Source of the DNA: Octopus sinensis
Taxonomy: Eukaryota
DNA length: 64,000 nucleotides
Assembly (NCBI RefSeq): GCF_006345805.1
Contig: NC_043003.1
Coordinates: forward strand, 61,752,001 to 61,816,000
Direction of reading: 5' to 3'
Position 1 is the stretch's first letter. Each line of letters begins with the position of its first letter. Both the position numbers and the translations under genes were made by a program. Positions 1-12,564 of this stretch are shown piece after piece. The notes below the pieces were generated by a model. That model saw nothing but the letters and a program-made list of their open reading frames with translations, made no database searches and had not been told where the DNA came from.

Positions 1-339
1 ACTCACTTGTAGCTCCTCAGCCAAAACTATCTGGATGAAATCCACTCAATCACACGCCAGATTTTACCATAACGATAAATACACGTGTGGTTCAATTGAT
101 TACATCCGACGTTATAATTCAAATGCCCCTACCAACAGCGCGCCAAACTTTCACGGAAACAAATACTACATTTAGAAATAAATGTAGCATAATTATAATT
201 AATTAATAAGGGTGAGAGAATTAGATACTAATTTAATAGTATACCTATTCAACACCAAGTGGCCCGTGCCCCAGAGAAACCTGGATTATTATAAAGAGAA
301 ACATGATTTATTTATAATATTGTATAACATATTATAATA

Positions 340-373
340 TGTTATTGTAAAAAATATTATAATATATAAAATA

Positions 374-409
<36 letters not shown>

Positions 410-416
410 TATAAAT

Positions 417-449
<33 letters not shown>

Positions 450-460
450 AGTACTATATA

Positions 461-499
<39 letters not shown>

Positions 500-512
500 T
501 ATATATATATAC
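340..512. repeat. (TA)n microsatellite
   Basis: Imperfect TA dinucleotide run; similar runs at 1660-1847, 2242-2780, 3270-3610, 6368-6457, 17046-17102, 29990-30170. Confidence 0.95.
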
Positions 513-1656
513 TCTTTTATTCTTTTACTTGTTTCAGTCATTTGACTGCGGCCATGCTGGAGCACCGCCTTTAGTCGAGCAAATCGACCCCGGGACTTAT
601 TCTTTGTAAGCCCAGCAGTACTTATTCTATCGATCTATTTTTGCCGAACCGCTAAGTGACGGGGACGTAAACACACCAGCATCGGTTGTCAAGCAATGCT
701 AGGGGGACAAACACAGACACACAAACACACACCATACATCATCATCATCATCATCATCATCATTTAGCGTTCGTTTCCATGCTAGCATGGGTTGGACGGT
801 TCAACTGGGGTCTGGGGAGCCCGAAGGCTGCACCAGGCCAGTCAGATCTGGCAGTGTTTCTACAGCTGGATGCCCTCCTAACCCACGCCAACACTCCGAG
901 AGTGTGTAGTGGGTGATTTTATGTGCCACCGACACAGGTGCCAGACGAGGCTGGCGAACGGCCACGCTCGGATGGTGTTTTTATGTGCCACCGACACAGG
1001 TGCCAGACGAGGCTGGCAGACGGCCACGCTCGGATGGTGTTTTTATGTGCCACCGACACAGGTGCCAGATGAGGCTGGCAGGTGCCAGACGAGGCTGGCA
1101 GACGGCCACGCTCGGATGGTGTTTTTATGTGCCACCGACACAGGTGCCAGATGAGGCTGGCGGACGGCCACGATCGGATGGTGTTTGTTACGTCCCCAAA
1201 GCACGGAGGCCAGTCTATGCGGTACTGGCTACGGCCACGTTCGGATGATTTTCTGTGTGCCACCGGCACTGGTACCACAAAGATACAAATTCCATTTATG
1301 TTCATCTATTTTGATTTGTTTTGATTTGATTTGATTTTCACTTGCCTCAACAGGTCTTCACAAGTGTCACTTGCCTCAACAGGTCTTCACAAGTGTCACA
1401 AGAAGGAAGGTATGCACAGGTGGACTGTCTACGTCGCCGGGTCTTCGGATGGTGTCTTTATGTGCCACCGACACAGTTGCCAGATGTGGCTGGCGAACGA
1501 CAGGCTTCTTTCAGTTTCCGTTACCAAATCCACTCACAAGGCATTGGTCGGCCCGGGGCTATAGCAGAAGACACTTGCCCAAGATGCCACGCAGTGGGAC
1601 TGAACCGGAACCATGAGGTTGGTTAGCAAGCTACTTACCACACAGCCACTCCTGCG

Positions 1657-1659
<3 letters not shown>
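511..1659 (-). mobile_element. tRNA-derived SINE (family A), split by a nested insertion
   Basis: 3' half at 511-730 and 5' half at 1497-1659 are the reverse complement of the intact copy at 1848-2241; the break lies in the internal CA/TA microsatellite. Confidence 0.9.
737..1497 (-). mobile_element. RTE-LINE 3'UTR-derived non-autonomous retroposon
   Basis: (GAT)n tail and terminal CATGCTAGCATGGAAA-type motif shared with the RTE at 12565-14143; ~60-nt internal tandem repeats; near-identical inverted relative at 51367-52837. Confidence 0.85.
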
Positions 1660-1698
<39 letters not shown>

Positions 1699-1769
1699 TA
1701 TATAATATATAATTATATATATATATTTATATATATATATATATATTTATATATATTATATATAATATA

Positions 1770-1836
<67 letters not shown>

Positions 1837-1847
1837 ATATATATATA

Positions 1848-2241
1848 GGCGCAGGAGTGGCTGTGTGGTAAGTAGCTTGCTAACCAACCACATGGTTCTG
1901 GGTTCAGTCTCACTGCGTGGCATCTTGGGCAAGTGTCTTCTGCTACAGCCCCGGCCGACCAATGCCTTGTGAGTGGATTTGGTAGACGGAAACTGAAAGA
2001 AGCCCGTCGTATATATGTATATGTGTGTTTGTGTGTCTGTGTTTTCCCCCCCAAATCGTGACAACCGATGCTGGTGTGTTTACGTCCCCGTCACTTAGCG
2101 GTTCGGCCAAAGAGACCGATAGAATAAGTACTGGGCTTACAAAGAATAAGTCCCGGGTCGATTTGCTCGACTAAAGGCGGTGCTCCAGCATGGCCGCAGT
2201 CAAATGACTGAAACAAGTAAAAGAGTAAAGAGAGTAAAGAG
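1848..2241 (+). mobile_element. Full-length tRNA-derived SINE (family A)
   Basis: A-box-like TGGCTGTGTGG, B-box-like GGTTCAGTC, central CTTGGGCAAGTGTCTTCT domain, internal microsatellite and (AAAGAGT)n-like tail; more than 10 related copies in the window. Confidence 0.9.
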
Positions 2242-2268
2242 AATATATATATATATTATATATATATT

Positions 2269-2380
<112 letters not shown>

Positions 2381-2427
2381 ATATATATATATTTATATAT
2401 ATATATATATTTATATATATGTATATT

Positions 2428-2458
<31 letters not shown>

Positions 2459-2465
2459 GTATATT

Positions 2466-2570
<105 letters not shown>

Positions 2571-2583
2571 ATAAATATATATA

Positions 2584-2623
<40 letters not shown>

Positions 2624-2653
2624 TCATCATCATCATCATCGTTATATATAAAT

Positions 2654-2684
<31 letters not shown>

Positions 2685-2685
2685 A

Positions 2686-2738
<53 letters not shown>

Positions 2739-2780
2739 ATATATTTATATATATATATATTTATATATAATATATATATA

Positions 2781-3267
2781 CTTTGATACATTGATACTTT
2801 GATAGGTTTCGGCCATTATTGGCCCAGGCCATGTCTAACTTAATAGCACCACCTGGTGAAGTCTTTCAAGTCAGAATTTGGGCACTATGGCCCACTCAAG
2901 TAGAGAGTTATTGTTTACAGAGACATATCCGGGTGTGGGGGTTATCCGGGATTTTTTGAAGGAATCTGTCCAAAGACTTCTTGAACCCTATAGGGTCAGT
3001 TTCTGTTTTAATGTGTTTTGGTGTAATGTTAAAGAGAGCGGGGCCAATTGAGGTGAAATAATTGTGCCGTATTGTTGTTATGAGATGAGAGTGCGATTTT
3101 TGTTTTGGCGGACGGCACGGGGCCCAAGCCTTGGATGTACCTTGAAGGTGATGCCAACATCATTTGGGCAATGCTGATGGAATATTTTCCACATCATGCA
3201 GATGATGTGTAGCGCTCACGACGACGTTGGAGAGAATAGAGTTTTAGCTTTTCTAGTCAACCCCAAT
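2781..3267 (-). mobile_element. CR1/L2-group LINE 3' end (decayed)
   Basis: Minus strand reads YWG*LEKLKLYSLQRRRERY, then after frameshifts ...NYFTSIGPALFNITPKHIKTETDPIGFKKSLDRFLQKIPD; tandem TATCAAAG-type tail. Confidence 0.85.
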
Positions 3268-3283
3268 ATATAATATATTTATA

Positions 3284-3334
<51 letters not shown>

Positions 3335-3609
3335 TCCCTTGTTGATCAAGTGCCACGTATCAGAGGTGGATTCACAAACTAGTGTAGCTCATTCAGCGGT
3401 GGTGCCCCAGCATGGCCGCGGCCTCGGGCTATAACATTTTTAAGGATATATATATATATATTTATATATATATATATATAATATATATATATATACATAA
3501 ATATAAATATATTATAAATATATATATATATATATATATATACATAAATATAAATTATATATATAATATATATATATTTATATATATATATATAATATAA
3601 TATTACATA

Positions 3610-3875
3610 TATCATCATCATCGTTTAATGTCCACTTTCTATGCTGGCATGGGTTGAACGGTTTGACTGAGGACTGGCAAGCCAAGAGGCTGCACCAAGC
3701 ACCAATCTGATCTGGCATGGTTCCAACAGCCAGATGCCCTTCCTAACACCAATCATTCTGAGAATGTAGTGGGTCCTTTTTATGTGCCACCAGCATGGGA
3801 ACCAGTCAGGTGGCACAGGCATTGACCATGCTTTTATGGTGCTTTTTACGTGCCACCAGCACGGGAGCCAGTCTG
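3610..3875 (-). mobile_element. RTE 3' tail fragment
   Basis: Same terminus as 13960-14143. Other copies near 10460, 17910, 18295, 20350, 20940, 33868, 34290, 45480, 45800, 47970, 57530, 58070, 60060, 63210. Confidence 0.85.
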
Positions 3876-4321
3876 ATATATATATATATATATACAGCGG
3901 GGTGTAGTATCTATGCCTCTTTGTCTTGACATTACCTGATAGTTGTGAATGTGTATCCCCTTCATGCACGAGGTATCATTCATTTCCAAAGTTCCATGAA
4001 AATAGGTCTATCCATGGGGAAGTATAACGTTCCTTGGACTGGTGTCAAGGACAACCAGCCTTAGAAAATTTACCTCAAGAAATTCTGTTTGACTTTTGCA
4101 AGCATGGAAAAGTGGATGTTAAAACAATGAAAATGTTGATGGTTGAGGCATTAAGTATGCAAACTCCTGCTGCATTATGTGCAGCTTTCACTTGGGCAAA
4201 ATGCACAATATACAGTTTCTGAAACTGAGATATTGGTTTCAAATTTTGGCACAACGTCAGTATTTTCAGGAGAGGGATAAGTTAATTACATCGACCTCAA
4301 TGTTCAACTGGTACTATTTTA

Positions 4322-4413
4322 TTTCATCATCATCATCATCATCATCATCGTTTAACGTCCGTTTTCCATGCTAACCATCCAACCCATGCTAGCATGGAAA
4401 ACGGACGTTAAAC

Positions 4414-4446
<33 letters not shown>

Positions 4447-4447
4447 A
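4322..4447. repeat. Perfect hairpin made of two RTE 3' termini
   Basis: (CAT)n-CGTTTAACGTCCGTTTTCCATGCTA, 16-nt loop, TAGCATGGAAAACGGACGTTAAACG-(ATG)n; sits inside a minus-strand family C SINE (about 4230-4545). Confidence 0.9.
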
Positions 4448-4572
4448 GGATGAAAGGCAAAGTCAACCTTGGCAGAATGTGAAGATGGATGAGCTGTTGC
4501 TAAGCATTTCGCCTTGTGTGCCAAGAATTCTGCCAGCTCACCACTTTTTCAAAACTGAAATATTGACAAAAA

Positions 4573-4725
4573 GAATCTTGCAGGAGAAATAATATTTCTT
4601 AAAAAAAAGAAGCATACAGGAGAAATAACACAATTTCTTATAAAAAGAATCTTATAGGAGAAATAGCATAATTTCTAACAAAAAAAATCTTACAAGAGAA
4701 ATAACATAATTTCTTATAAAAAAAA
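4573..4725. repeat. Minisatellite, 4 copies of a ~37-bp unit
   Basis: Unit approximately GAATCTTAYAGGAGAAATAACATAATTTCTTATAAAAA, with an internal AGAAAT/ATTTCT dyad. Confidence 0.8.
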
Positions 4726-5629
4726 CTCAACCAAAAAACCTAGGAACAGTTTGTTGCATTCGTTTTAAGTTAGGATTATGAAAGATTTGTCACAGAAAAA
4801 TTAAAATGTCGAACAGTTAAAGAGATTTAAATGGTTGAACTTATATACGATGATAAAACTTATCACATGCATTAGAGGATGTCTACTAGAACTATACATC
4901 ATACTCCAATCTTCTTCTACTTAACAGAGGCAAAAATAGGCCTCAATCCCCATCTCTAATTTTCACAGCCTTTCCCTTCTACTGAATTTACCCACCCACC
5001 TTTTCTGTTCCTTTATTACTATTCTCCATTATATTCACCCCTTTTACCTTGACCCCATAACTCTGTCTTTCTGATATGTCCTGCATTATGTATCTTCATT
5101 GTTTGCATGACTGGCCCATATGGTGTTCCTCACTGACTGACACTGCTAGCTGTGTCTGTCCATTACTTATCAGTAATGGAACAGCCCACTTCTCACTTGG
5201 GGGTGTCTGTCACAACACTTTCCAAATGGGAAAACCATGTATTCATGTCTTCAGCAAGATACCTGCTCCTATATCACATTTTCATATCCCTCAATACTAC
5301 ACCCAACTCAGTTGATGGATCTTTTATTGTGAGTACTTGGTGACCTCATCCATGCTGGTGGCAACCAGTACACTTCATGGCAGGGTCAAAAATAAGAACG
5401 GCATCCGCATCCGCATCCGGCACTAGAAACTATGCCAAACTAGTCAGTCTAGCCCTCTAATTTGTCAGTTCGTATCTAACTGTCAAACCCATACCAACAT
5501 GAAAATGGGGATGTTAAAAGACAATGATGATGATTGCAAACAAACAATCTCACCTGTATGACAATAAGGCTCATTTACAACCACAAGGGTACACACACTC
5601 TTATGAAGATGGATTCTTTCAGTTTTCAT

Positions 5630-6133
5630 ACTCTTTTACTCTTACTTGTTTCAGCCATTTGACTGTGGCCATGCTGGAGCACATCAACCACAGGACTTAT
5701 TCTTTGGAAGCCTAGTACTTATTCTATCAGTCTCTTTTGCCGAACTGCTAAGTTACTAGGACGTAACACACCAGCATTGGTTGTCAAGCGATGTTGGGGG
5801 GACAAACACAGACACACAAACATATACATATACACATATATATTTATATACGATGGGCTGGTTTCAGTTTCCGTGTACCAAATCCACTCACAAAGCTTTG
5901 GATGGCCTTGCCCATGGTGCCATGCAGTGGGACTGAACCCGGAACCATATGGTTAGTAAGCAAGCTACTTACCACACAGCCACTCCTATGCCTATATACC
6001 AAATCCATTCACAAGGCTTTGGTCAACCCAGGGCTATAGTAGAAGACACCTGCCCAAGGTGCCACACAGTAGGACTGAACCTAAGACCATATGGTTGGGA
6101 TGCAAGTTTCTTACACACACAGTGACACATGCG
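5630..6133 (-). mobile_element. SINE family A with tandemly duplicated head
   Basis: Reverse complement of 1848-2241; head segment present twice (about 5880-5992 and 5998-6133). Confidence 0.85.
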
Positions 6134-6366
6134 CTCACACACACACACACACACATATTCATACATGCAGACAAGCATTCTATTCAGCAATATATTAGTC
6201 ATTCATCTGTTTAATTTCCTACAAACAAGACATAAAATCTGAACTTCCTCAAACTTTAAGATTTACAAAAAGATTAACATTACATTTCTAATAATTGACA
6301 CTTTTATGAAAATGCTTAAATTTTGTAATTCTAAACCAAAATGAAAAATGTGTAAAACCTAAATGG

Positions 6367-6425
<59 letters not shown>

Positions 6426-6915
6426 ATAATATATATGTATATATATATATATATATAAAATTTAAAAAATAAATGTATTAAGATATTACCGAATGTTTAT
6501 GTAATCTTTAAATAGCAGTAAGCATCTGTGTTAAATTACCAGATACTATTTTGATGAACAGCAGAAAAATCAAGATATGAAAAAAGAATTATTAAAGAAG
6601 AAATTCTGAATTATGCAATAAGTGGACTAAACAAAGATGGTGAAGCAAGTCTCAAATGATTCAGCAGACATTAAAATCACAAGGTGTTTAACATTCAATT
6701 CCCATGCCAGTAAATTAACAGGTGTAGCAGTGTGGTTAGACAGCTTGCTTCTCAACCATGTGGTGTGGGGTTCAATCTCGCTCTGTGCCACCTTGAGGAA
6801 AATGTTTTCTACTACAGCCCCAAACTGACAAAAACCAAATCACTGAGAGTGCATTCAGTTGATGGAAACTGAAAGAAGCCTATCAAGCATATGTATATAT
6901 GTGTGTGTGTGTGTG

Positions 6916-6955
<40 letters not shown>

Positions 6956-7236
6956 ATGAATTCTACTTGTAATTCAAAGGGCCAGCCTTGTTGCATTCTC
7001 TGTCACGCTGAACCACCCTGAGAACTATATTAAGGGTACTTGTGTCTGTGGAGTGCTCAGCCACTAGCATGTTAATTTCCATTGATCAGCTGGAACCTAC
7101 ATCATCATAACCAACAGAGTGCCGGTTGTGTATGTGAGTGTGAATACGTCTTGACATCATGTGATGATTGCAAACATAAAAGCAATGTTGTTCATTTCCA
7201 ATCTGTAATGGAAAACATGTCGAGCCATGGAGAAAT

Positions 7237-7605
7237 AATAATAATAATAATGAAATTATTGTATACAATGCTCAGGTGCACCACAACTTGTCAGAAGGTG
7301 CATATAAAGTACATGCAGTAATGTAAAAATGTCTGGAAAGCAAACAATGTATGAGTCAGATACATGCTTGTGTGTGTATGAGGGGAGAAAATCAGGTGTA
7401 GTGTTGGCGAATCTCAGAAAGCATGGAAGTTTTGAAGGATGCAGTGCTCCGACAACTAACAACTGATGCCGGCAGTTTGTTCCATGCTTCAGCAACTCTC
7501 AGCGTGAAAAAATGTTTCCTAGAGTCATGGGAGCTGTGCTGTTTTCTGACTTTGTAAATATGTCCACGGGTGTTAGATGGGTGGAGTTTGAAAATATTAT
7601 TACTG
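7237..7605 (-). mobile_element. CR1-type LINE 3' end
   Basis: ORF 7392-7763 ends in NTRGHIYKV...RKHFFTLRVAEAWNKLPASVV...FK, the typical CR1 ORF2 C-terminus; followed by 3'UTR and (ATT)n tail. Confidence 0.9.
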
Positions 7606-8049
7606 TGCTGAGAAACAGATAAGGGTTGGCAACTGGAAGAGCATTCAGCTGTAGAATCTTTGTCCCTACAAATTTCGTCTGGCCCATGTAAACATAGAAA
7701 AATGGATGCTATATGATGACAATAATAATGATTATAATGATGATGGTGAAAAGACTGCATCATAGTGTTTATTTAAGTCTATGCACTCTGAGTTCAAATC
7801 CTACCAAAGTCAACTTCGTCTGCCATATTTTTGGAGGAGCAATACAAAGGTACCAATAGAGGGCGGTGGAAGTATGTTTACTTCCACTAAATTAAAATGC
7901 AAAGAGTAACAAGCTGCTTTGGTATAATGGTCGTTTCATGGCTAAACAATATTCAACAGTTTATGTAGGTGATCCTGTCCACTTGAAAAAGACATCATGA
8001 CCAGTTCCCCTCATCATTATCGCAGTATAGTACAAGCAATGAAGGAGCA

Positions 8050-8233
8050 AGAGGGGGAGAGGAGGAGAGAGAGGGGAGAGGAGGAGAGTGAGGGGAGAGG
8101 AGGAGAGTGAGGGGAGAGGAGAGAGGGGAGGAGGAGAGTGAGGGGAGAGAAGAGGAGAGGAGAGAGGGGAGAGGAGGAGAGAGAAAAGGGAGAGGAGGAG
8201 AGAGAGAGAGAGAGAGAGAGCGGGGAGAGAGAG
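8050..8233. repeat. Polypurine (GA-rich) low-complexity tract
   Basis: GGAGA/GAGG-type repeats, almost only G and A. Confidence 0.9.
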
Positions 8234-11200
8234 ATGAAGTGAGCATAGTACTTGACTGGTTCTATATTTATCAACCCTGTAATGCTGAAAGGCAAACTTA
8301 ACCTTAGTGGGATTTGAACTCTGAAGACAAAGACTCAAATTACTTATTGCAAAGCATTTATTTGACACTCAATCAATTCTACTAATCAACTGTCTTAATA
8401 TGTCTATATGCATACAGTTTATCAATACAATATACTATGTAATATATATTAGTAGAAACATATCCTCCACTAAGCACATCATAATTTGGATGATTAGATT
8501 TGATTCTGTCAAGTGAAGTATCTCCAACAACATTCTGCTATCTTCAAGATAGCATGTTAGCACTTGTATGACAATACAAAAGAAAAATATAGCACTGAAA
8601 TTAAATTTTCAGTTATTAGTTAAGAGAGAAAAAAATATTTGAATAGTTGATATGAAAATCAATGTAGCTATGTTTTCACTCTGTTGAGTTCTGCTTGAAC
8701 AAACTTATTACATAAAAGTCTCTACCTTAAAATATGTGATTGGTATCACTGTTTTTTTTTATGATTATTTTGTTCTGTGATTTAGCATATAAAATAAGTG
8801 CTTTCACTTTTAAAGATGGTAAGGAGTTTGAATTTGGATACTACCATGTGGAAATTCCTTCATCAACGTACAATATGAGTTCTAAAATATTGATCAATAG
8901 AAAAATGTAGAGAGAGGAATAGCAAAGTTTTTACAAGAATCTCTATAATATTTTCACTTCAGAATGTAGTCAATATGCTGTTTAGTCAAACAAATTTTTA
9001 AACTATATATTTCCTGGACAGAAATTTCATTTTTCAAGTTGATCAAGAAAATTTTGTTCATATGACGAAATAGAGAAAAAGAAAAAGGATAAATATTTAT
9101 TTTTCTTTCATACTAGAAAGTTAAAGAGGGCAACCTGCTTAACTTTTCTTGATCAGAGGTGACCAATCTTTTGGTCTTCAAGAGAAATGGGAAATGTCAA
9201 AGAAACCATTTCCAAAGGAATTAGCAGCATAATTGAAGTGAAATAGCTACAATGAGATATCAAAGCCAGGTCACAAACTTGATTCACCAAAAGTTTATCT
9301 CTTTCTCTATGAAACCTGCTACTGAGTGATACACAATAGATTAAAAATCTAGCCCAACATAACCAGCCTTAACAGAAACCATACTGCTTGCCAATAAAAC
9401 TGAATTATCAATGTCATCTCTCAGATAGCAATTATTGTATTTTACCTGATAAGGCTTCCTGTTCAGAATAAAGTCAATCTGATAGCTAATATTCTTCGTT
9501 ATATCAGGAATAAAAAAGTAAAACAAAATAAAATCAATAATACCTGCATAGATCCTTTCTTAAAGAGCCACAAACATTTAGCAGACTACTGAGCTGCATT
9601 ATCCTAATATGTTTATTGCTATCTCAATGGTCTTCCTTAATGTAATTCTCTGCAGCAACCAAAAGCATTCTTAAATCAATTTTTCAATATCGCAAAGAAC
9701 AATGAGTATAAACACTGGCACCAAGGACACAGATTTTGTAGGGGAGAGATATTGTTAAGTGAATCATCCCCACTTATACAACTGGTACTTATCATATTTA
9801 ATGATAAACTGTCTTGGAAAATCACCCCAGGTCCTAAATGCAAATTTGGGTCTATATTACTAGCGTTAAGGCACTATTTTTTGTGAACATGCACTGTTGA
9901 AATTGGGGTACATCTCTTATGACCATACATTTTTTATGCAATCAAATATGGTATTTTTTAACCAGCCCTGGAGGAATTAGAATCAACCCTAACAGGATTC
10001 AAACTCAGAATTTAGAGGAATAGAACAGAGTAGTGAAAGGTTTTATATTATTTGTTACTCCACTGAGGTTTACCTCAATCAATTCTAAGAACAGCAATTT
10101 GTTACAGTCAGCTATTTATCTGCATCTGTAACTGCAGACTGGGGCTGGAAGTTGCCCATGCATAAAAGATACCAGTCTCTGTGCTACCATTGTCCAAGTG
10201 AAAGGTCACTGCTTTTGACCATTATAGCTTGGCACCAGCATCTTCACAGACATTGCCATCAGAATACAATAGGCTTGAACAGATACCACAAGAAATCATG
10301 TCTGATGCTCTACCAGTTCTGCAAATCCCTCATTTCAGATTGAAGGGAATTGTTGACCTTGATGGGATTTGAGCTCAGAGTCAGAAGAAGTGCTGTTAGC
10401 CATTCTAATCAATGTTCCAATAACAACCTATTCACTAACTTATCTCTAATAATAATTATCATCATCATGATTTAACATCTGCTTTCCATGCTGGCAAAGA
10501 TTGGATGGTTTGACAGAAACTAACAAACCAGAGGACTGCACCAAGCTTCAGTATTTGCTTGGCATGGTTTCTATGTCAGGGTGTCCTTCATAATGCCAAC
10601 CACTTTGCAGAGTGCACTGGATACTTTTTATGTGGCATAAGATCCTCCTCAACTGTGTTGGGCAGTAGTATTGACAGAGATGGCTTCATACCAGGTGATG
10701 AGAGGTTAAAGTGACAGGAATAGGTATAATACAGTAGGTGAGGTACATGGTACATGGTTACCCCAGTAGGAAAATAGAGAGGATGCTCATGAAAATATGC
10801 CTTCTATTTGATATATTTGATAAAGCTACATATTTTTAGGGAGAGAGGGACATAATGAATTGAAATGGAGTCCTGGTTTCCATTTTATTGACCCCTGCAA
10901 ACATAAAAAGCTATGCCAGTACCAACAAGGTTTGAACATAAGTATATAAACAAACGAAACTAAATATTACATAATACATTTAACACTTTGTTCTACAAGT
11001 CTACCATCGCTCCACCACTTTTATCTATAAGTAACATAATAATGAAAGCAAAAATATTCTCCTCAATATAATGCAGACCTGATATTATCGAAAAGTGGCC
11101 AGCAAAATAATAAAATTATCATGTAAACATTCATGGTATCAGATATGAACAGTTCAAACAAAATGACATATTCCAACATAAATATAATTGAATAATTATA

Positions 11201-12564
11201 ATTATCTTAAATCTCGAAGCCAATAATCAGAGGAAATTATTTGGTAACATTTTGAAAAAAATTTATAAATTCTACCACATTCTGGCAATATTACAAATTG
11301 TTATATCACAACTTGTACTAATTCCTAAAATTATTTTGAGGTAATTGATGTCATTCTGTATCACATAAGTTAAAAAAAAAAAAACAGTTAATTCTTGCAT
11401 AAATTCCATGGATGTACAGCACTCATGTTTAACTCCTACTTCTGAAGTGTCAAATGAATCAACAACTTGATTTCCCCAGGATTTGTTGATTATCTGTCAG
11501 AATTAACCTCCCCTAAATCTATTTTCCATAATGTAGAAGCAAAACATCAAAATAGATATTGTATAAATGAAGATATTGTATCAGCTCAAAATTCTCAAAT
11601 CAAAATCCACTAACAAGCCAATGAAAAGGTTTTATGCAGTCCAAAATGGAGACGAGTACAAGCATGGCGGGCTAGATAATTGTTAAGAGATTTTACTCAC
11701 ATGAAACCATTGGTAGCCTTCTTAACCCACAAATAAAGTCTATGTGTGCATATATATATATATACATATATATACATACACACACACATATAAATGCATG
11801 TAAATGTGTGTGAAGTGTGCCAGCACATTTGTGTATGTTTCTATCTCCTTACCTTAAAATTATGTGATAGTTGGAAAGAGGTGAGGGCTGACAACATGAA
11901 GAGCATCCACCCATAGAAAATCTGCTTCAACAAATCCTGTCCAACCCCTGTGAGCATCAAAAAGTGGATGGCAAAACAAGGATGACAGAGATGATGGTGA
12001 ACTACGAGTTTCTCGTCTACTGTTTTATGCACCCAGCCTATTGTCATAGAAGCTCATATGAAAATGTATTCCTTGATAGATCATTATCAAAGCCTTTATC
12101 TTCACATAGTATTAAGGCACCAATGTAAGACTGACAGAATCCATCCAGGATTTTGACAACAGAGAAAAACTATAGCTATAAAATATGAAGTGAAAATGAC
12201 CAAATCAGAAACAGAAGCTGTATCAGACAACAATGCCACCAAGACCCTATGCAGCAAACTTCAATTACCCAGCACTACTAGAAATAGCAACCAAATCTAC
12301 TTTAAACTATACCCTAAATATCTTTGAAAAGAGACAGATGAGACAATGTAATCTTAGATATACAATAACTGAGAGAAGGATTGATTAGCTATGGTTGGAG
12401 TGTCTTTAATTATACAGCTAAATAGACACTCACACATAAACTAAATTTATTTTATACAGGGGTGAGCTGAAAGGTTCATAGGCTGCCTATGAAGGAGTAA
12501 TGCTAGAGCTCTGAAATCAAGCATGCATTAAATTCAACACTTCTTATTAATAACTGCATTGTTT

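Noticed and set aside
909-1324. ~60-nt repeats (also 52480-52660) as a CRISPR-like array or repeat protein
   Set aside because: Contiguous tandem units without unique spacers; part of an RTE 3'UTR; no cas genes; eukaryotic context.
1848-1920. tRNA genes at SINE heads
   Set aside because: A and B boxes are present but there is no full cloverleaf, and each is fused to a SINE body.
8440-8600. Minus-strand open stretch after a TTTCAG acceptor as TCEANC2 exon 2
   Set aside because: No frame resembles the expected VVVVEDI...IPSREVL...IG sequence.
11409-11680. Protein-like plus-strand stretch (GFVDYLSELTSPK...)
   Set aside because: Interrupted by stops, with no recognisable family or clear exon boundaries.
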